The position numbers and the translations under genes were made by a program. Under the pieces are notes generated by a model. It was not told where the DNA came from. It saw only the letters and a program-made list of their open reading frames with translations, and searched no databases. From sequence record MH252123.1: DNA of 64,000 nucleotides; one strand, 5' to 3'. Positions 8,592-17,661 of the stretch are shown in pieces (the first letter of the stretch is position 1; every line of letters starts with the position of its first letter). This DNA is from Klebsiella phage ZCKP1.

Positions 8592-9082
8592 AAAACCTCC
8601 TCAATCTTGTAGTTTGACTCCATCTCCAACACATTTCCACGAACGTCTCTCCGAAGAAAGGCATAAGCTTTATTAGGTATTGTAGACTCATATTTAACCA
8701 TGTCTGGCACAGCAAAAGATACTACTACTCCTGCTGGGCTTCTGTCAAGAGCCTTATTAATATTTCTAAGGATATCGTTAGCCAAGATTTCTGCCAATTC
8801 TCCAAGAACAGTTTCGGTTATATCTTTATATCCCATTAAATATTTGTTGATATCTTTCATCTCTGCATTGTTCAGAGTATAGTCTAAAGGATAAAAATTC
8901 AAAGCGGAGTCACTTTTATGTGTCCACATGAAATGCACCCGATCCGAGCAGAATCGTAACCCTCTACGAAGAATATCTTCTACAACAGGGAGAATTTCTT
9001 TTGTCACATCGTTAACCATGTTGTAATCTAAGATTTCTGCCAAGTTTGTTCTTTGTTCACCACGTTTACGTCTAGGAATCAC
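8570..9082 (-). CDS. hypothetical protein (170 aa) ending ...VLWQSSDQ
   Basis: ORF; C-terminus shares the W-Q-S-S motif with the small-protein family. Confidence 0.5.
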   Translation of the reverse strand: MIPRRKRGEQRTNLAEILDYNMVNDVTKEILPVVEDILRRGLRFCSDRVHFMWTHKSDSALNFYPLDYTLNNAEMKDINKYLMGYKDITETVLGELAEILANDILRNINKALDRSPAGVVVSFAVPDMVKYESTIPNKAYAFLRRDVRGNVLEMESNYKIEEVLWQSSDQ

Positions 9083-9653
9083 TTGTTATCGCCCTCATTA
9101 CCAAAGGTCGTAGAAAATCGTAAATCTCTTGTTTTGTTTTCCCACGAATGTTTAAACAAGGAACATTATTGGCTTTAGCTATCTTCCAAGCCGTAGCTGT
9201 TCCACCTTTTGCATCTCCATGTTTATCAGTATTAGCACAAGCCAACAAGAAACATGATGGAGCAGGATTCTCCAAATCTCTGCCTAACACTTGATGCACA
9301 TTACGTTGGTGCAATTTTCTAGCACCCTGCTTAAGCTTTTCATAAGCTGGGTGAACATCTTTGATCCATTGCACAGAGATAGCATAGTTCATTGTATCTG
9401 GTTTTGCAAGAACAATAACATCACCTGGAATCTGATTACCTTTGAAATTTTCCCAAGGAACATAAATTTCCTTGTTAGTAGGATTTTCAGACTCTTGGAC
9501 ACCTGTTTCAAAAGCAGAATCACTACCCTCTGCCTTACCAGACCGTAATTTAAACCCAAGGTTTGAAAGCCATTTCCCTATGCCTACCATCAAAGCCCAC
9601 TCTTCTTCAGATATGTCCCTACTTCCAACTCCCGTATAGAACAGTTCTGCCAT
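9072..9653 (-). CDS. SLOG/DprA-like Rossmann-fold protein
   Basis: FYTGVGSRDIS, RSGKAEGSDSAFETG and GGTATAWKIAKANNVP resemble the DprA/Smf-LOG family; internal start at 9653 after GAGGTGA. Confidence 0.45.
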   Translation of the reverse strand: MAELFYTGVGSRDISEEEWALMVGIGKWLSNLGFKLRSGKAEGSDSAFETGVQESENPTNKEIYVPWENFKGNQIPGDVIVLAKPDTMNYAISVQWIKDVHPAYEKLKQGARKLHQRNVHQVLGRDLENPAPSCFLLACANTDKHGDAKGGTATAWKIAKANNVPCLNIRGKTKQEIYDFLRPLVMRAITSDS

Positions 9654-9660
9654 AATCACC

Positions 9661-9969
9661 TCAACAAGTAATTTCAAAAGGTGTATAGGGTTCCGTATTT
9701 CTCATGATCCAAGGACTGCTAGGATTGCTCGGATCATAAGGACCAAAAGGTTTTATGGTAGGTTGTGTTTCTTTCTTCTGAATCTCTTCAAAAATACGAC
9801 GAAGTTCAGAATATTCTTGATCCACCATAAGATTCGGTGCATCTGATTCTACAGCTTGCAGGTTATCTTCCTTAAGAACAATCTCACGAACAAGATTAAC
9901 ATCTTCTGTTTCTAAGATAACTTCTTTACGGATATTACCTACACTTTGAATAATTGTAATCTTATACAT
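9661..9969 (-). CDS. hypothetical protein (102 aa)
   Basis: ORF. Confidence 0.45.
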   Translation of the reverse strand: MYKITIIQSVGNIRKEVILETEDVNLVREIVLKEDNLQAVESDAPNLMVDQEYSELRRIFEEIQKKETQPTIKPFGPYDPSNPSSPWIMRNTEPYTPFEITC

Positions 9970-10712
9970 TAATCCTCCTCAAGAGTTGAATAAAATTGAA
10001 GACCACCGTCCATATCGAAATAAGCAAATGTTAAGTTATTATTGAACACAGATCCAGTATCCATATAAACACGATTCGCATTGATAATAGGTGTTTTTAC
10101 ATAAGAGTGTCCATGAAACACATAATCCACACCCATCACAACAGGAAGTTTCATTCCCTCTTTAGCACAGTCTACCATATCTCTGTCCCACATAAGTGCT
10201 TCAGCAAAACGGTTTTCCTGTGTTTTTGTCATCTTCGAAATGTATTCTGGAATATCTGTTACAGGGAGATATTCCAAAGAAGATGGATACCCACCATGAA
10301 TAAACGCAAGTTTCATGCCTCTGTAGTTAACAATGAGAACAACAGGTAAATCTTCTGTCATCATTGCTAAGGCTGTAGCTCCTTCTTCACCACATTCTTC
10401 AAAGACCGTATATCCTCCATTTTGATACCAACACTCGTAGTAGCTACGATCTCCTTCCAGCATACCTTTAATCATCATGTCTTCATGATTGCCACGAATA
10501 GCGTAGCGATTGTGTTTACGAGTAAATTCTAAAACACAACGAAAGTTTTGCTTTCCACGGTCAGTAAGATCTCCTAGAGATACAACCACATCTGTATCTC
10601 GGATACCTAACTTTGCCTTTCCTTTTTCATACAAATTATAACAACCGTGTAGATCTCCAATTATAAAAAGATCTTGATCGCTTTTAACAGTAATTTCTCT
10701 GTGTATGATCAC
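9969..10712 (-). CDS. Ser/Thr protein phosphatase (PPP/lambda-phosphatase/ApaH family metallophosphoesterase)
   Basis: GDLHGC, GDLTDRG and RGNHE signature motifs. Confidence 0.8.
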   Translation of the reverse strand: MIIHREITVKSDQDLFIIGDLHGCYNLYEKGKAKLGIRDTDVVVSLGDLTDRGKQNFRCVLEFTRKHNRYAIRGNHEDMMIKGMLEGDRSYYECWYQNGGYTVFEECGEEGATALAMMTEDLPVVLIVNYRGMKLAFIHGGYPSSLEYLPVTDIPEYISKMTKTQENRFAEALMWDRDMVDCAKEGMKLPVVMGVDYVFHGHSYVKTPIINANRVYMDTGSVFNNNLTFAYFDMDGGLQFYSTLEED

Positions 10713-11038
10713 TTATCCTCCTCAAAATCTAAGAAAATAAAAATATTCACCTTTCCTTCAATCTCTTGTTCTAAAACAAGATCGGCAAATTCTGCATATG
10801 CTTTCTCTTCAACTTTTTCAATATGTTCTGCGGCATCTTTAAAAGGCGTATCCCCATCCACCTTTACTAATAAGAAAAGAGATCGCATTTCGACGCTTTT
10901 ACTGTTACGAGGAAGGAAATCTACAGCTTCAACAATTCTCCAACCCAAATAGCCAGGGGTTTTATGAATCTCCCCTAAATACTTTTCTAAGATTTTACGA
11001 CCCTCGTCGATAAGGGCTTGTTCTGTAGTAATTTCCAT
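10709..11038 (-). CDS. hypothetical protein (109 aa)
   Basis: ORF. Confidence 0.45.
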   Translation of the reverse strand: MEITTEQALIDEGRKILEKYLGEIHKTPGYLGWRIVEAVDFLPRNSKSVEMRSLFLLVKVDGDTPFKDAAEHIEKVEEKAYAEFADLVLEQEIEGKVNIFIFLDFEEDK

Positions 11039-11048
11039 TCCTTCCTCC

Positions 11049-11639
11049 TCAAATTATTAACGAAACCGCATGACTAAATCTTGGTTCAGATATAACCTCT
11101 GCTACAGTCACATATGTATCGTGCAGCCAAAAAGATTCTACTCTACAAACACAAATACCGTTGATAATGAAATCTACACAGGCTTTATTATTTTCGCACA
11201 CTTGTTGACTATAAACAACCCCTAAAGAGTCATAAAGTGATCTCACTGTTGCTACCATTTCATCTGTCTCGTCTTCCTGTGAAACAAAGAAAACGAATAC
11301 AGACAAGTTGTTAGCGAAAGTACTGCTATTCTCTACTTCAACCGACTTACAAGGTAAAAAGGAGTAATATTTACCGTTAGGTATCAATTTCGCCTCAACC
11401 TGGTTAAGTATGCTTTGAGATGGTTTTGTTACATAAAAAAGATTTTCTGTTGGGTTTTCAACATTACTCCTTACTATGCAACGAGTGGGGTTCGAAGGAT
11501 CAAAAACATGATCAAAATCGACACACACAGGTAGGTTAACAACTTTAAACTTTTTGCTAAGAATGCTTACTGCTGTAAAAATCAAACCAGCATTTATTTT
11601 GCCAGTGAAAGTTGAACGCATAACTACTCCTCGGATCAT
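11049..11639 (-). CDS. hypothetical protein (196 aa)
   Basis: ORF. Confidence 0.45.
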   Translation of the reverse strand: MIRGVVMRSTFTGKINAGLIFTAVSILSKKFKVVNLPVCVDFDHVFDPSNPTRCIVRSNVENPTENLFYVTKPSQSILNQVEAKLIPNGKYYSFLPCKSVEVENSSTFANNLSVFVFFVSQEDETDEMVATVRSLYDSLGVVYSQQVCENNKACVDFIINGICVCRVESFWLHDTYVTVAEVISEPRFSHAVSLII

Positions 11640-11830
11640 TCTACCAAAGAGAATTCCGCCTCTTCCAGGTAGATTACAGACCTTGTTGCATGATATTTAA
11701 CGCTCCAGAAATTACCTTCGCGCCGTAAAAGTATCTCATTCACATCAAGATTGCTTAGAAAAACCATATAACTTAAAGCTTGTTGACGCGTTGAGAATTG
11801 TTTCTCTAAAAGTTCTTCTCCGCTCTGCAT
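11636..11830 (-). CDS. hypothetical protein (64 aa)
   Basis: RBS taaggagggatt ATG. Confidence 0.4.
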   Translation of the reverse strand: MQSGEELLEKQFSTRQQALSYMVFLSNLDVNEILLRREGNFWSVKYHATRSVIYLEEAEFSLVE

Positions 11831-11842
11831 AATCCCTCCTTA

Positions 11843-11871
11843 AAAATACTCCCTCCGAGAAGGGAGTATAA
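11843..11871 (-). terminator. stem-loop ACTCCCTCCGAGAAGGGAGT (probable terminator/processing site)
   Basis: inverted repeat between genes. Confidence 0.35.
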
Positions 11872-11876
11872 ATATA

Positions 11877-12080
11877 TCACGTAGTTGTTATGTTGCCTTC
11901 TTGGATACTAGAATCCACTTCTGCAAACATATCTTCTGCACTATAATTATTTCCAGTCCAGCGTGATAAAAGGATAGCACCAATCTCTTTTGCATGAGAT
12001 TCAGACTCCGCATAAACGTTAGTCCCAGTGTCACCTTTCTTCTTTTCATGTGCATAAATGCAGTAATAATTGTAAGCCAT
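11877..12080 (-). CDS. hypothetical protein (67 aa)
   Basis: ORF. Confidence 0.4.
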   Translation of the reverse strand: MAYNYYCIYAHEKKKGDTGTNVYAESESHAKEIGAILLSRWTGNNYSAEDMFAEVDSSIQEGNITTT

Positions 12081-12316
12081 TAGTCTTCCCAGTCATTGTC
12101 CTCGGTAGAGTGAACCAAAGCTCGCACAATACCGCCGTAATCTACTGCCTGATTTGCAGCATGTTCGGCATAAACTTCAATGGCTTTTTTGAAGAAAAGA
12201 GCAGTAGCTGCTTCAATATTATCCATTTCACCCTCTACATCAGTAGAAAGTGAAAGGTTGAGGCTTTCATCTACTTCATCAAAATCAATAGCCACTGTCA
12301 TAATTAGTTTACCCAT
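12080..12316 (-). CDS. hypothetical acidic protein (78 aa)
   Basis: RBS aaggagtgtgaact ATG. Confidence 0.45.
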   Translation of the reverse strand: MGKLIMTVAIDFDEVDESLNLSLSTDVEGEMDNIEAATALFFKKAIEVYAEHAANQAVDYGGIVRALVHSTEDNDWED

Positions 12317-12328
12317 AGTTCACACTCC

Positions 12329-12838
12329 TTAAACAAAATAAAATGGTTGAGAGAGGCCCAAACGATTCTTTGGGTCGTATACATACCAAGCGTATGCTGT
12401 CTTATCTGTTCCACCTGCAACAAACGAAGGCCGTTCTGAAAGGACTATAAGGTTTGTTGGTGGATTCTTTTGATGGAACTCTCGTCGTTTCTTTGACTCC
12501 AAGAAGCCCAACCGAAGAAGATAAATACAAACATCCGCCTCTTTTAAGCTCTTTTCCAAGAACTCCATTGCTAACTTAAATGGAGGATTTGTGATTATAA
12601 TGTCGGGACGATTTTCCCATTCATGACTAAAATAATCTTTACCTTCTTCAAGTTCGCAATATTCTGAACCTTCAGGAAAATGGCGATAAATCGCTTCAGC
12701 TTCACCTCTGCAAGGTTCTGCAAAAACCCAACCTTCTTCCTTTAGATTTTTGAAATCTATAACACTAAACAAACTATTGATTGCTTTTTGCGGTGTCGGA
12801 TAATAATCGCTCGTTGGGCGATCATAATCTAATGCCAT
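12329..12838 (-). CDS. small N6-adenine (or N4-C) DNA methyltransferase-like protein (gamma-type motif order)
   Basis: DYYPTP, then FAEPCRGEA (FxGxG-like), then DIIITNPPF. Confidence 0.55.
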   Translation of the reverse strand: MALDYDRPTSDYYPTPQKAINSLFSVIDFKNLKEEGWVFAEPCRGEAEAIYRHFPEGSEYCELEEGKDYFSHEWENRPDIIITNPPFKLAMEFLEKSLKEADVCIYLLRLGFLESKKRREFHQKNPPTNLIVLSERPSFVAGGTDKTAYAWYVYDPKNRLGLSQPFYFV

Positions 12839-13256
12839 CTAAAATCTCCTCTTTTGTAATATTATCCAACTCTTTAAAGGATGAAATCTCGTTTAATAAT
12901 CCTATTTGATCAGCCTCTAGAGGATAAGTGTTTTTATCTGTTTTTCTAGACAGAATATCTTCAACAAACTTATCAATAGCCAAAGAAGAATCATAAAATT
13001 TTAAAAGTTGGTAATCCATAGGAGATATTTTGTCATCTCTTAGAAATATTTCTAACATGTTTTCAGGAGTATCGTGGTTTAGTTTATGTTCACCAAAAAT
13101 ATTAACTTCGTAAACATCTTTGCCAAACCAACGTTTCTTCTTTTCAACAGTATAGGTTTTTACCACCAGACCATCTAAACAGTTTCTTGCCCTCTTACAT
13201 GTTTGACGGTAAGAGTGGATAGCGCCTTCAACAAACTTAGCAGGAACTTGTAACAT
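12822..13256 (-). CDS. hypothetical protein (144 aa)
   Basis: ORF. Confidence 0.45.
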   Translation of the reverse strand: MLQVPAKFVEGAIHSYRQTCKRARNCLDGLVVKTYTVEKKKRWFGKDVYEVNIFGEHKLNHDTPENMLEIFLRDDKISPMDYQLLKFYDSSLAIDKFVEDILSRKTDKNTYPLEADQIGLLNEISSFKELDNITKEEILDGIRL

Positions 13257-13282
13257 TATTAATCTCCTATGTTTAAGAAATG

Positions 13283-13306
13283 CCCCCGAAGGGGCAGTTT
13301 GTTAAA
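13283..13306 (-). terminator. hairpin GCCCCCGAAGGGGC (terminator-like)
   Basis: GC stem with CGAAG loop. Confidence 0.4.
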
Positions 13307-13994
13307 TAGCGGTTCCTTCGAAATCCGCCACATTTACGAGATTAATATTTTCAGATTTAGAAGTCAAGTTGTTTTCTGCAACAGATTTTTCTTCAGTATC
13401 TGCCTCGTTACCTGCCACGTTACGAGGTTCTTCTTCACCGTAGGGATTACCGAATTTCAAAAGATTGATCAATTCTTCTTTGGAGAAGTTTTCTAAATCA
13501 TCGTCTGTTAATTCAATAATCTCGTCTTGTTCTTCAATAAATGTTTCACCACCAGAAAAAGCATCTCGCTTTTTAGCTACTTCCATAGCCTGTTCTGGTG
13601 TTGCCCCTGCATCAAGAGCAGCTAAAGCAAAGTCTGACCCACTTCCTACCGCATAATATTCTTCATCAATCGGATATGCACGTGTTGGGTTGTTACCTTC
13701 GTGCAGGAAAATACGTCCGTCTGGATGAACAACAAGTGCAATAAACTCTTCATCTTCTTTATCTGGATCAGAGTGAATCATCAAACCAGGGACAGCATCA
13801 CGTGCTGCTTCGCACTGTAGATTTTGTTCAAACCATTGAAAGAAAGAAAGCACGGAGGTCAGACGACCAGCACCACCTACAAGGTAATCTCCAATTTTTC
13901 GGACCTTTTTGAAATTAATAGAATCTACACGTCCACCAAAAGTTACCTTACCGTCACTCAAAATCTTATTTTTGGTTGCAATAATTGTCGTCAC
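13302..13994 (-). CDS. hslV: HslV (ClpQ)-like N-terminal-threonine peptidase with ~60-aa acidic C-terminal extension
   Basis: MTTIIATKN start with Thr nucleophile; KKVRKIGD, LVGGAGRLTSVLSFFQWFE and AVGSGSDFALAALDAG align with HslV. Confidence 0.75.
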   Translation of the reverse strand: MTTIIATKNKILSDGKVTFGGRVDSINFKKVRKIGDYLVGGAGRLTSVLSFFQWFEQNLQCEAARDAVPGLMIHSDPDKEDEEFIALVVHPDGRIFLHEGNNPTRAYPIDEEYYAVGSGSDFALAALDAGATPEQAMEVAKKRDAFSGGETFIEEQDEIIELTDDDLENFSKEELINLLKFGNPYGEEEPRNVAGNEADTEEKSVAENNLTSKSENINLVNVADFEGTAI

Positions 13995-14497
13995 TATTCT
14001 TCCTCCTCTGTTAATGTTTTAAGAACCGCTTTCCCACCATTCACATATTTGCAGATGTATTCTATCGCACGTAGTGTCTCTTTGTCAACAAAAATTTGAT
14101 CAGACGTTGCGAGCGGGTTATTAAGAAGATCACTGCAATCACGAACAAGCAGTGCTTTCTTATTAAACAAATTACTTAAGAACAGTAACTTCGCCTCTTC
14201 TTCTGTTATGTGCAGAAGGCTAGGATCGGAGCCAGCTATTCCTATTATACAATCAAACAAGCTTTCTTTACTATCAGAAAGTTCTTGAAAATGGTTTAAA
14301 AGCCAATCTTCTCCTAGACACCAACATTTAAACATTTCCAGTTTATCTCGGAGGGTCATATTCTCTAAAGTAAGAGCAATCTCTTTTTCAATATGGTTTA
14401 CACAAATTTGACGAAATTCGTTAGGTTTTACGAGTCCCGTTTGATAGCACTCATCTATACCGCTTCTTCCGATAGCTATTGTTGCTACACCCATCAA
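13994..14497 (-). CDS. hypothetical protein (167 aa)
   Basis: start overlaps the hslV-like stop. Confidence 0.45.
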   Translation of the reverse strand: MMGVATIAIGRSGIDECYQTGLVKPNEFRQICVNHIEKEIALTLENMTLRDKLEMFKCWCLGEDWLLNHFQELSDSKESLFDCIIGIAGSDPSLLHITEEEAKLLFLSNLFNKKALLVRDCSDLLNNPLATSDQIFVDKETLRAIEYICKYVNGGKAVLKTLTEEEE

Positions 14498-14530
14498 TCC
14501 TCCTTATAAAATGGCTTCCCTGCCACGTTA

Positions 14531-15290
14531 TTAAATAAACACTTCAGTAATCAGTTTAGACAAACGTCCACGTTTATTATCGTCCGTTGTCAGTTCAACA
14601 TATCCAATAAAATCTACAATTGGCTCACGAACACCTTCTTCATTTTCTGGATATAAAAGTTCCAAAATTTGATGCAGACCGTTGCTACGTTTTTTAATTG
14701 CATATGTCTGGCGAACATCGCCTAATACAATAACATGCGTATTAATACCTGCACGTTCAATAAGAAGTTTAAGTGTTTCTGTTGACATAAGTTGTGCTTC
14801 GTCAATAATGACAATTGTATTATCCAGGGTAGCTCCCAACAAATAGTTAGGAATATTCAATTCGATCTTACCTGATCCAATATCGTTTTCCAATTTGTTG
14901 GCTGTCATGAATTGCTGGAAAATACGTTTTGTAGATTCATAGTGTGCTGCTAGTTTATCTGTTTTATCCCCAGACAAGAAACCAATCTGATCATCTCCGA
15001 CTTCAGTAGGGTTCTTGATAAAAAGTAGTTTACGGAAGTCTCCTGAACGAAGCATCTGCAAAGCTTTCCATAAAGCAACAGAGGTTTTACCAGTCCCTGC
15101 CGGAGCATTTACAACAGTCAGATCATTCCAAATCATGCTTTGAACAATCTTATTTTGGTCCCCTTCAGGCATAAATTCATCTAAACGGTAATCGTCATTA
15201 CCTACCGCTTTTGCTGCATAACGGCTTTCAATCTTTGCTGAATTAGCCAGTTTCTGCCGTTGTGTTTTAGCTGCGGTTTTATTTCCCATA
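14531..15290 (-). CDS. phoH: PhoH-like ATPase
   Basis: Walker A NAPAGTGKTSVALW, IIDEAQ and GDxxQ-type motifs; start set at ATG 15290 (RBS aaaaggagtgctact) downstream of the hairpin. Confidence 0.8.
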
Positions 15291-15305
15291 GTAGCACTCC
15301 TTTTA

Positions 15306-15326
15306 GAAGGGGCCGAAGCCCCTTTA
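15306..15326 (-). terminator. terminator hairpin GGGGCTTCGGCCCC (minus sense) after lysozyme gene
   Basis: same GGGGCCGAAGCCCC core as at 3216 and 19912. Confidence 0.55.
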
Positions 15327-15827
15327 TTAGTTGTAAGCATCTAAAGTTCCAGAAGTCAGAACTTTAATTACTCGTTCAGCACGGTTTGGCGTCTGGCTAT
15401 ACCATCGGCTTTTACGCATGTTTTTACCTGCTTGAGTATAATATGCATTGCTGATTAAAGTCAAGCTATTTTTAAACCCTTCAGCACCTTTTAACCCCAA
15501 CTGGAAAACCATGTTGATTATTCCCAATTTACGAGTATCACTCACCTTATCATAGATTGGTGATAAGATAGTACTGTTTTTTATGTCTCTCTTCACTTTT
15601 GCAACATCGTCAGCAAAGATTTGACGGGCTTCTTTTTCTGTGATAACTCCATTAGTCTTACGACCAAGAAGATTATCTAAGATTTGAATAGCCTTTGCTT
15701 TATCTTTTATTTTAGTCAGAAGGTGTCCTATGCCGACTGTCCAATAACCAAGATGGTCTTGATAAACAGTAAGCTTCAGTCCTTCATCGACTCGTAGCAT
15801 ATCAAACTCATCTACTACTTTAGCCAT
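15327..15827 (-). CDS. e: T4-type lysozyme (endolysin, gene e homolog)
   Basis: MLRVDEGLKLTVYQD, GYWTVGIGHLLTK and INMVFQLG align with T4 lysozyme. Confidence 0.9.
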   Translation of the reverse strand: MAKVVDEFDMLRVDEGLKLTVYQDHLGYWTVGIGHLLTKIKDKAKAIQILDNLLGRKTNGVITEKEARQIFADDVAKVKRDIKNSTILSPIYDKVSDTRKLGIINMVFQLGLKGAEGFKNSLTLISNAYYTQAGKNMRKSRWYSQTPNRAERVIKVLTSGTLDAYN

Positions 15828-15989
15828 TTACTTCCTATTCGTCGTCTCCTACTCCGTGATCCAACTCGTTAAACAACAGATGTTCTGGAGAAGTTTCACG
15901 TTTTGGTTTCGTTTTCTTTATGTTGGACTTCAGCTCATTTGCCAAAGCACGAGAAAAGATCTTACGTTTCTGTTTACTTTTCATAATTG

Positions 15990-16250
15990 TTACTCCGCAA
16001 TTTGAGCCATGAGATCACGCAGTTCGGTAAAACCGCCTACGTATGTTACCTCCCCGTTCACTTCAGACAGAATTTGTGGAAATGTGCGTGGAGGAACTCC
16101 GGTAAGATCAACAACTGTTTTAGTCATTGATTCTAAATCGTAGTCTTGGTCAAGACTTAAATATTCAAACTGTTTATTGCGCATGGTTAATAGTTGTTTT
16201 GACATTTCGCAAAATTGACAGTTAGGTTTACCAAAAATTACAAATTCCAT
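15990..16250 (-). CDS. glutaredoxin/NrdH-like redoxin
   Basis: GKPNCQFCE CxxC active site; ~85 aa; lies near the RNR genes. Confidence 0.75.
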   Translation of the reverse strand: MEFVIFGKPNCQFCEMSKQLLTMRNKQFEYLSLDQDYDLESMTKTVVDLTGVPPRTFPQILSEVNGEVTYVGGFTELRDLMAQIAE

Positions 16251-17092
16251 TACCTCTCCTTATTAAGTAATACTGCTAAAGATTGTTCAATACCTTTATT
16301 TAAATCTGATTTTGTAAGATAGTGACTGGTTACTAGTTGTGACTTCACCGGACGTGCTGCTGGAGCATTATAGGTTGAAGCTGATACCGCCGATATCTTA
16401 ACAGGTTCTGGCATCTGTGTCAAGATCTTTTCCGCAAACTCCGCCCAAGAAATAAGATGGCTTCCTGCAAAATGGTAAGTCTTAACAGACCTTGACCAAC
16501 CTGTTTTTAATACTTCAAAAATAGCTTCTGCTAAATCTGGAGCATATGTTGGACAAGAGAACTGATCAGCAACAATAATAAAATCACGTTGTCCATCATT
16601 ATAGCGAGACAACATGGTTTTTAGAAAGTTATTTCCAAATTCGCTATATACCGAGGCTGTTCGAATAATATATGCATTTGGGTTAACTCCTCGCACCATT
16701 TTTTCACCAAGTTCTTTCGTATACCCATAATTGTTTATTGGGTTAGGTGCAGTATCTTCAAAAATAGGATGAGAATAATTAAAAATATAGTCTGTAGAAA
16801 TATGCACAAAATCAATTTTAAGTTTGTTGCACACTGCCGCAATATTTGCAGGTCCATATGCATTAACAGCCAAAGCAGTAGCAAAATCATGTTCTGCTTT
16901 ATCTACAGCCGTATAAGCAGCGCAGTTAATAACACCGTCTACATAATCTTCAACAATAGCGTTTCGCACAGCTTCAAAATTTGTAATATCTACACGTTCT
17001 TTAGGATAAATTAAAGATACATTTGAAGGAACCACTTTACGTAAAGCTTGTCCCAGTTGTCCATTACCACCCAATACCAGATATGTTAGCAT
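16250..17092 (-). CDS. rmlD: dTDP-4-dehydrorhamnose reductase
   Basis: LVLGGNGQLG, AAYTAVDKAE, STDYIF, YGYTKELGE, RTASVY and NNFLKTML match RfbD/RmlD throughout. Confidence 0.9.
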   Translation of the reverse strand: MLTYLVLGGNGQLGQALRKVVPSNVSLIYPKERVDITNFEAVRNAIVEDYVDGVINCAAYTAVDKAEHDFATALAVNAYGPANIAAVCNKLKIDFVHISTDYIFNYSHPIFEDTAPNPINNYGYTKELGEKMVRGVNPNAYIIRTASVYSEFGNNFLKTMLSRYNDGQRDFIIVADQFSCPTYAPDLAEAIFEVLKTGWSRSVKTYHFAGSHLISWAEFAEKILTQMPEPVKISAVSASTYNAPAARPVKSQLVTSHYLTKSDLNKGIEQSLAVLLNKER

Positions 17093-17652
17093 ACACCCTC
17101 ACTACGCAACTGTTGAAAAGATTTAGCCATTGCATCTTTTGTTGATAAGATAGGTTTAAAACCTTCGTCAAAAATCATATCGAAGCCCCAATCGATCCCT
17201 ATGTCAGGATCATCCCAACGTAAACTTTGTTCGCTAGAAGGGTCGTATGGAGTTGTGCATTTGTATTCAAAGATAGCGTCCATACTCAAAACTATAAAAC
17301 CATGTGCCAAACCAGGGGGAAGCCAAAACTGCATATGGTGTCGTGCACGAAGAACAACACCGTCCCAAGCACCGTAAGTTGGACTATCTTTACGTAAATC
17401 TACAGCGAAATCCAATACTTCTCCACTTACACAACGAACAAGCTTACCTTGCGGGTTATTTGTTTGAAAGTGCATTCCTCGCAAAACACCGAAGTTTGAT
17501 TTAGACATATTATCTTGAACGAAAGTTTGTTTACCAATGATATCTTCGTATTTTTGTTCATTGTATGTTTCTAAAAAGAAACCACGATTATCTTTATAAA
17601 CGTCTGGTTTGATAATTACCGCACCTTCAATTTTTGTTTTTTCTACTTTCAT
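17086..17652 (-). CDS. rmlC: dTDP-4-dehydrorhamnose 3,5-epimerase
   Basis: DNRGFFLETYN, GVLRGMHFQ, GKLVRCVSGEVLDFAVDLR and PPGLAHGF match RmlC. Confidence 0.9.
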   Translation of the reverse strand: MKVEKTKIEGAVIIKPDVYKDNRGFFLETYNEQKYEDIIGKQTFVQDNMSKSNFGVLRGMHFQTNNPQGKLVRCVSGEVLDFAVDLRKDSPTYGAWDGVVLRARHHMQFWLPPGLAHGFIVLSMDAIFEYKCTTPYDPSSEQSLRWDDPDIGIDWGFDMIFDEGFKPILSTKDAMAKSFQQLRSEGVC

Positions 17653-17661
17653 TTTCTCTCC

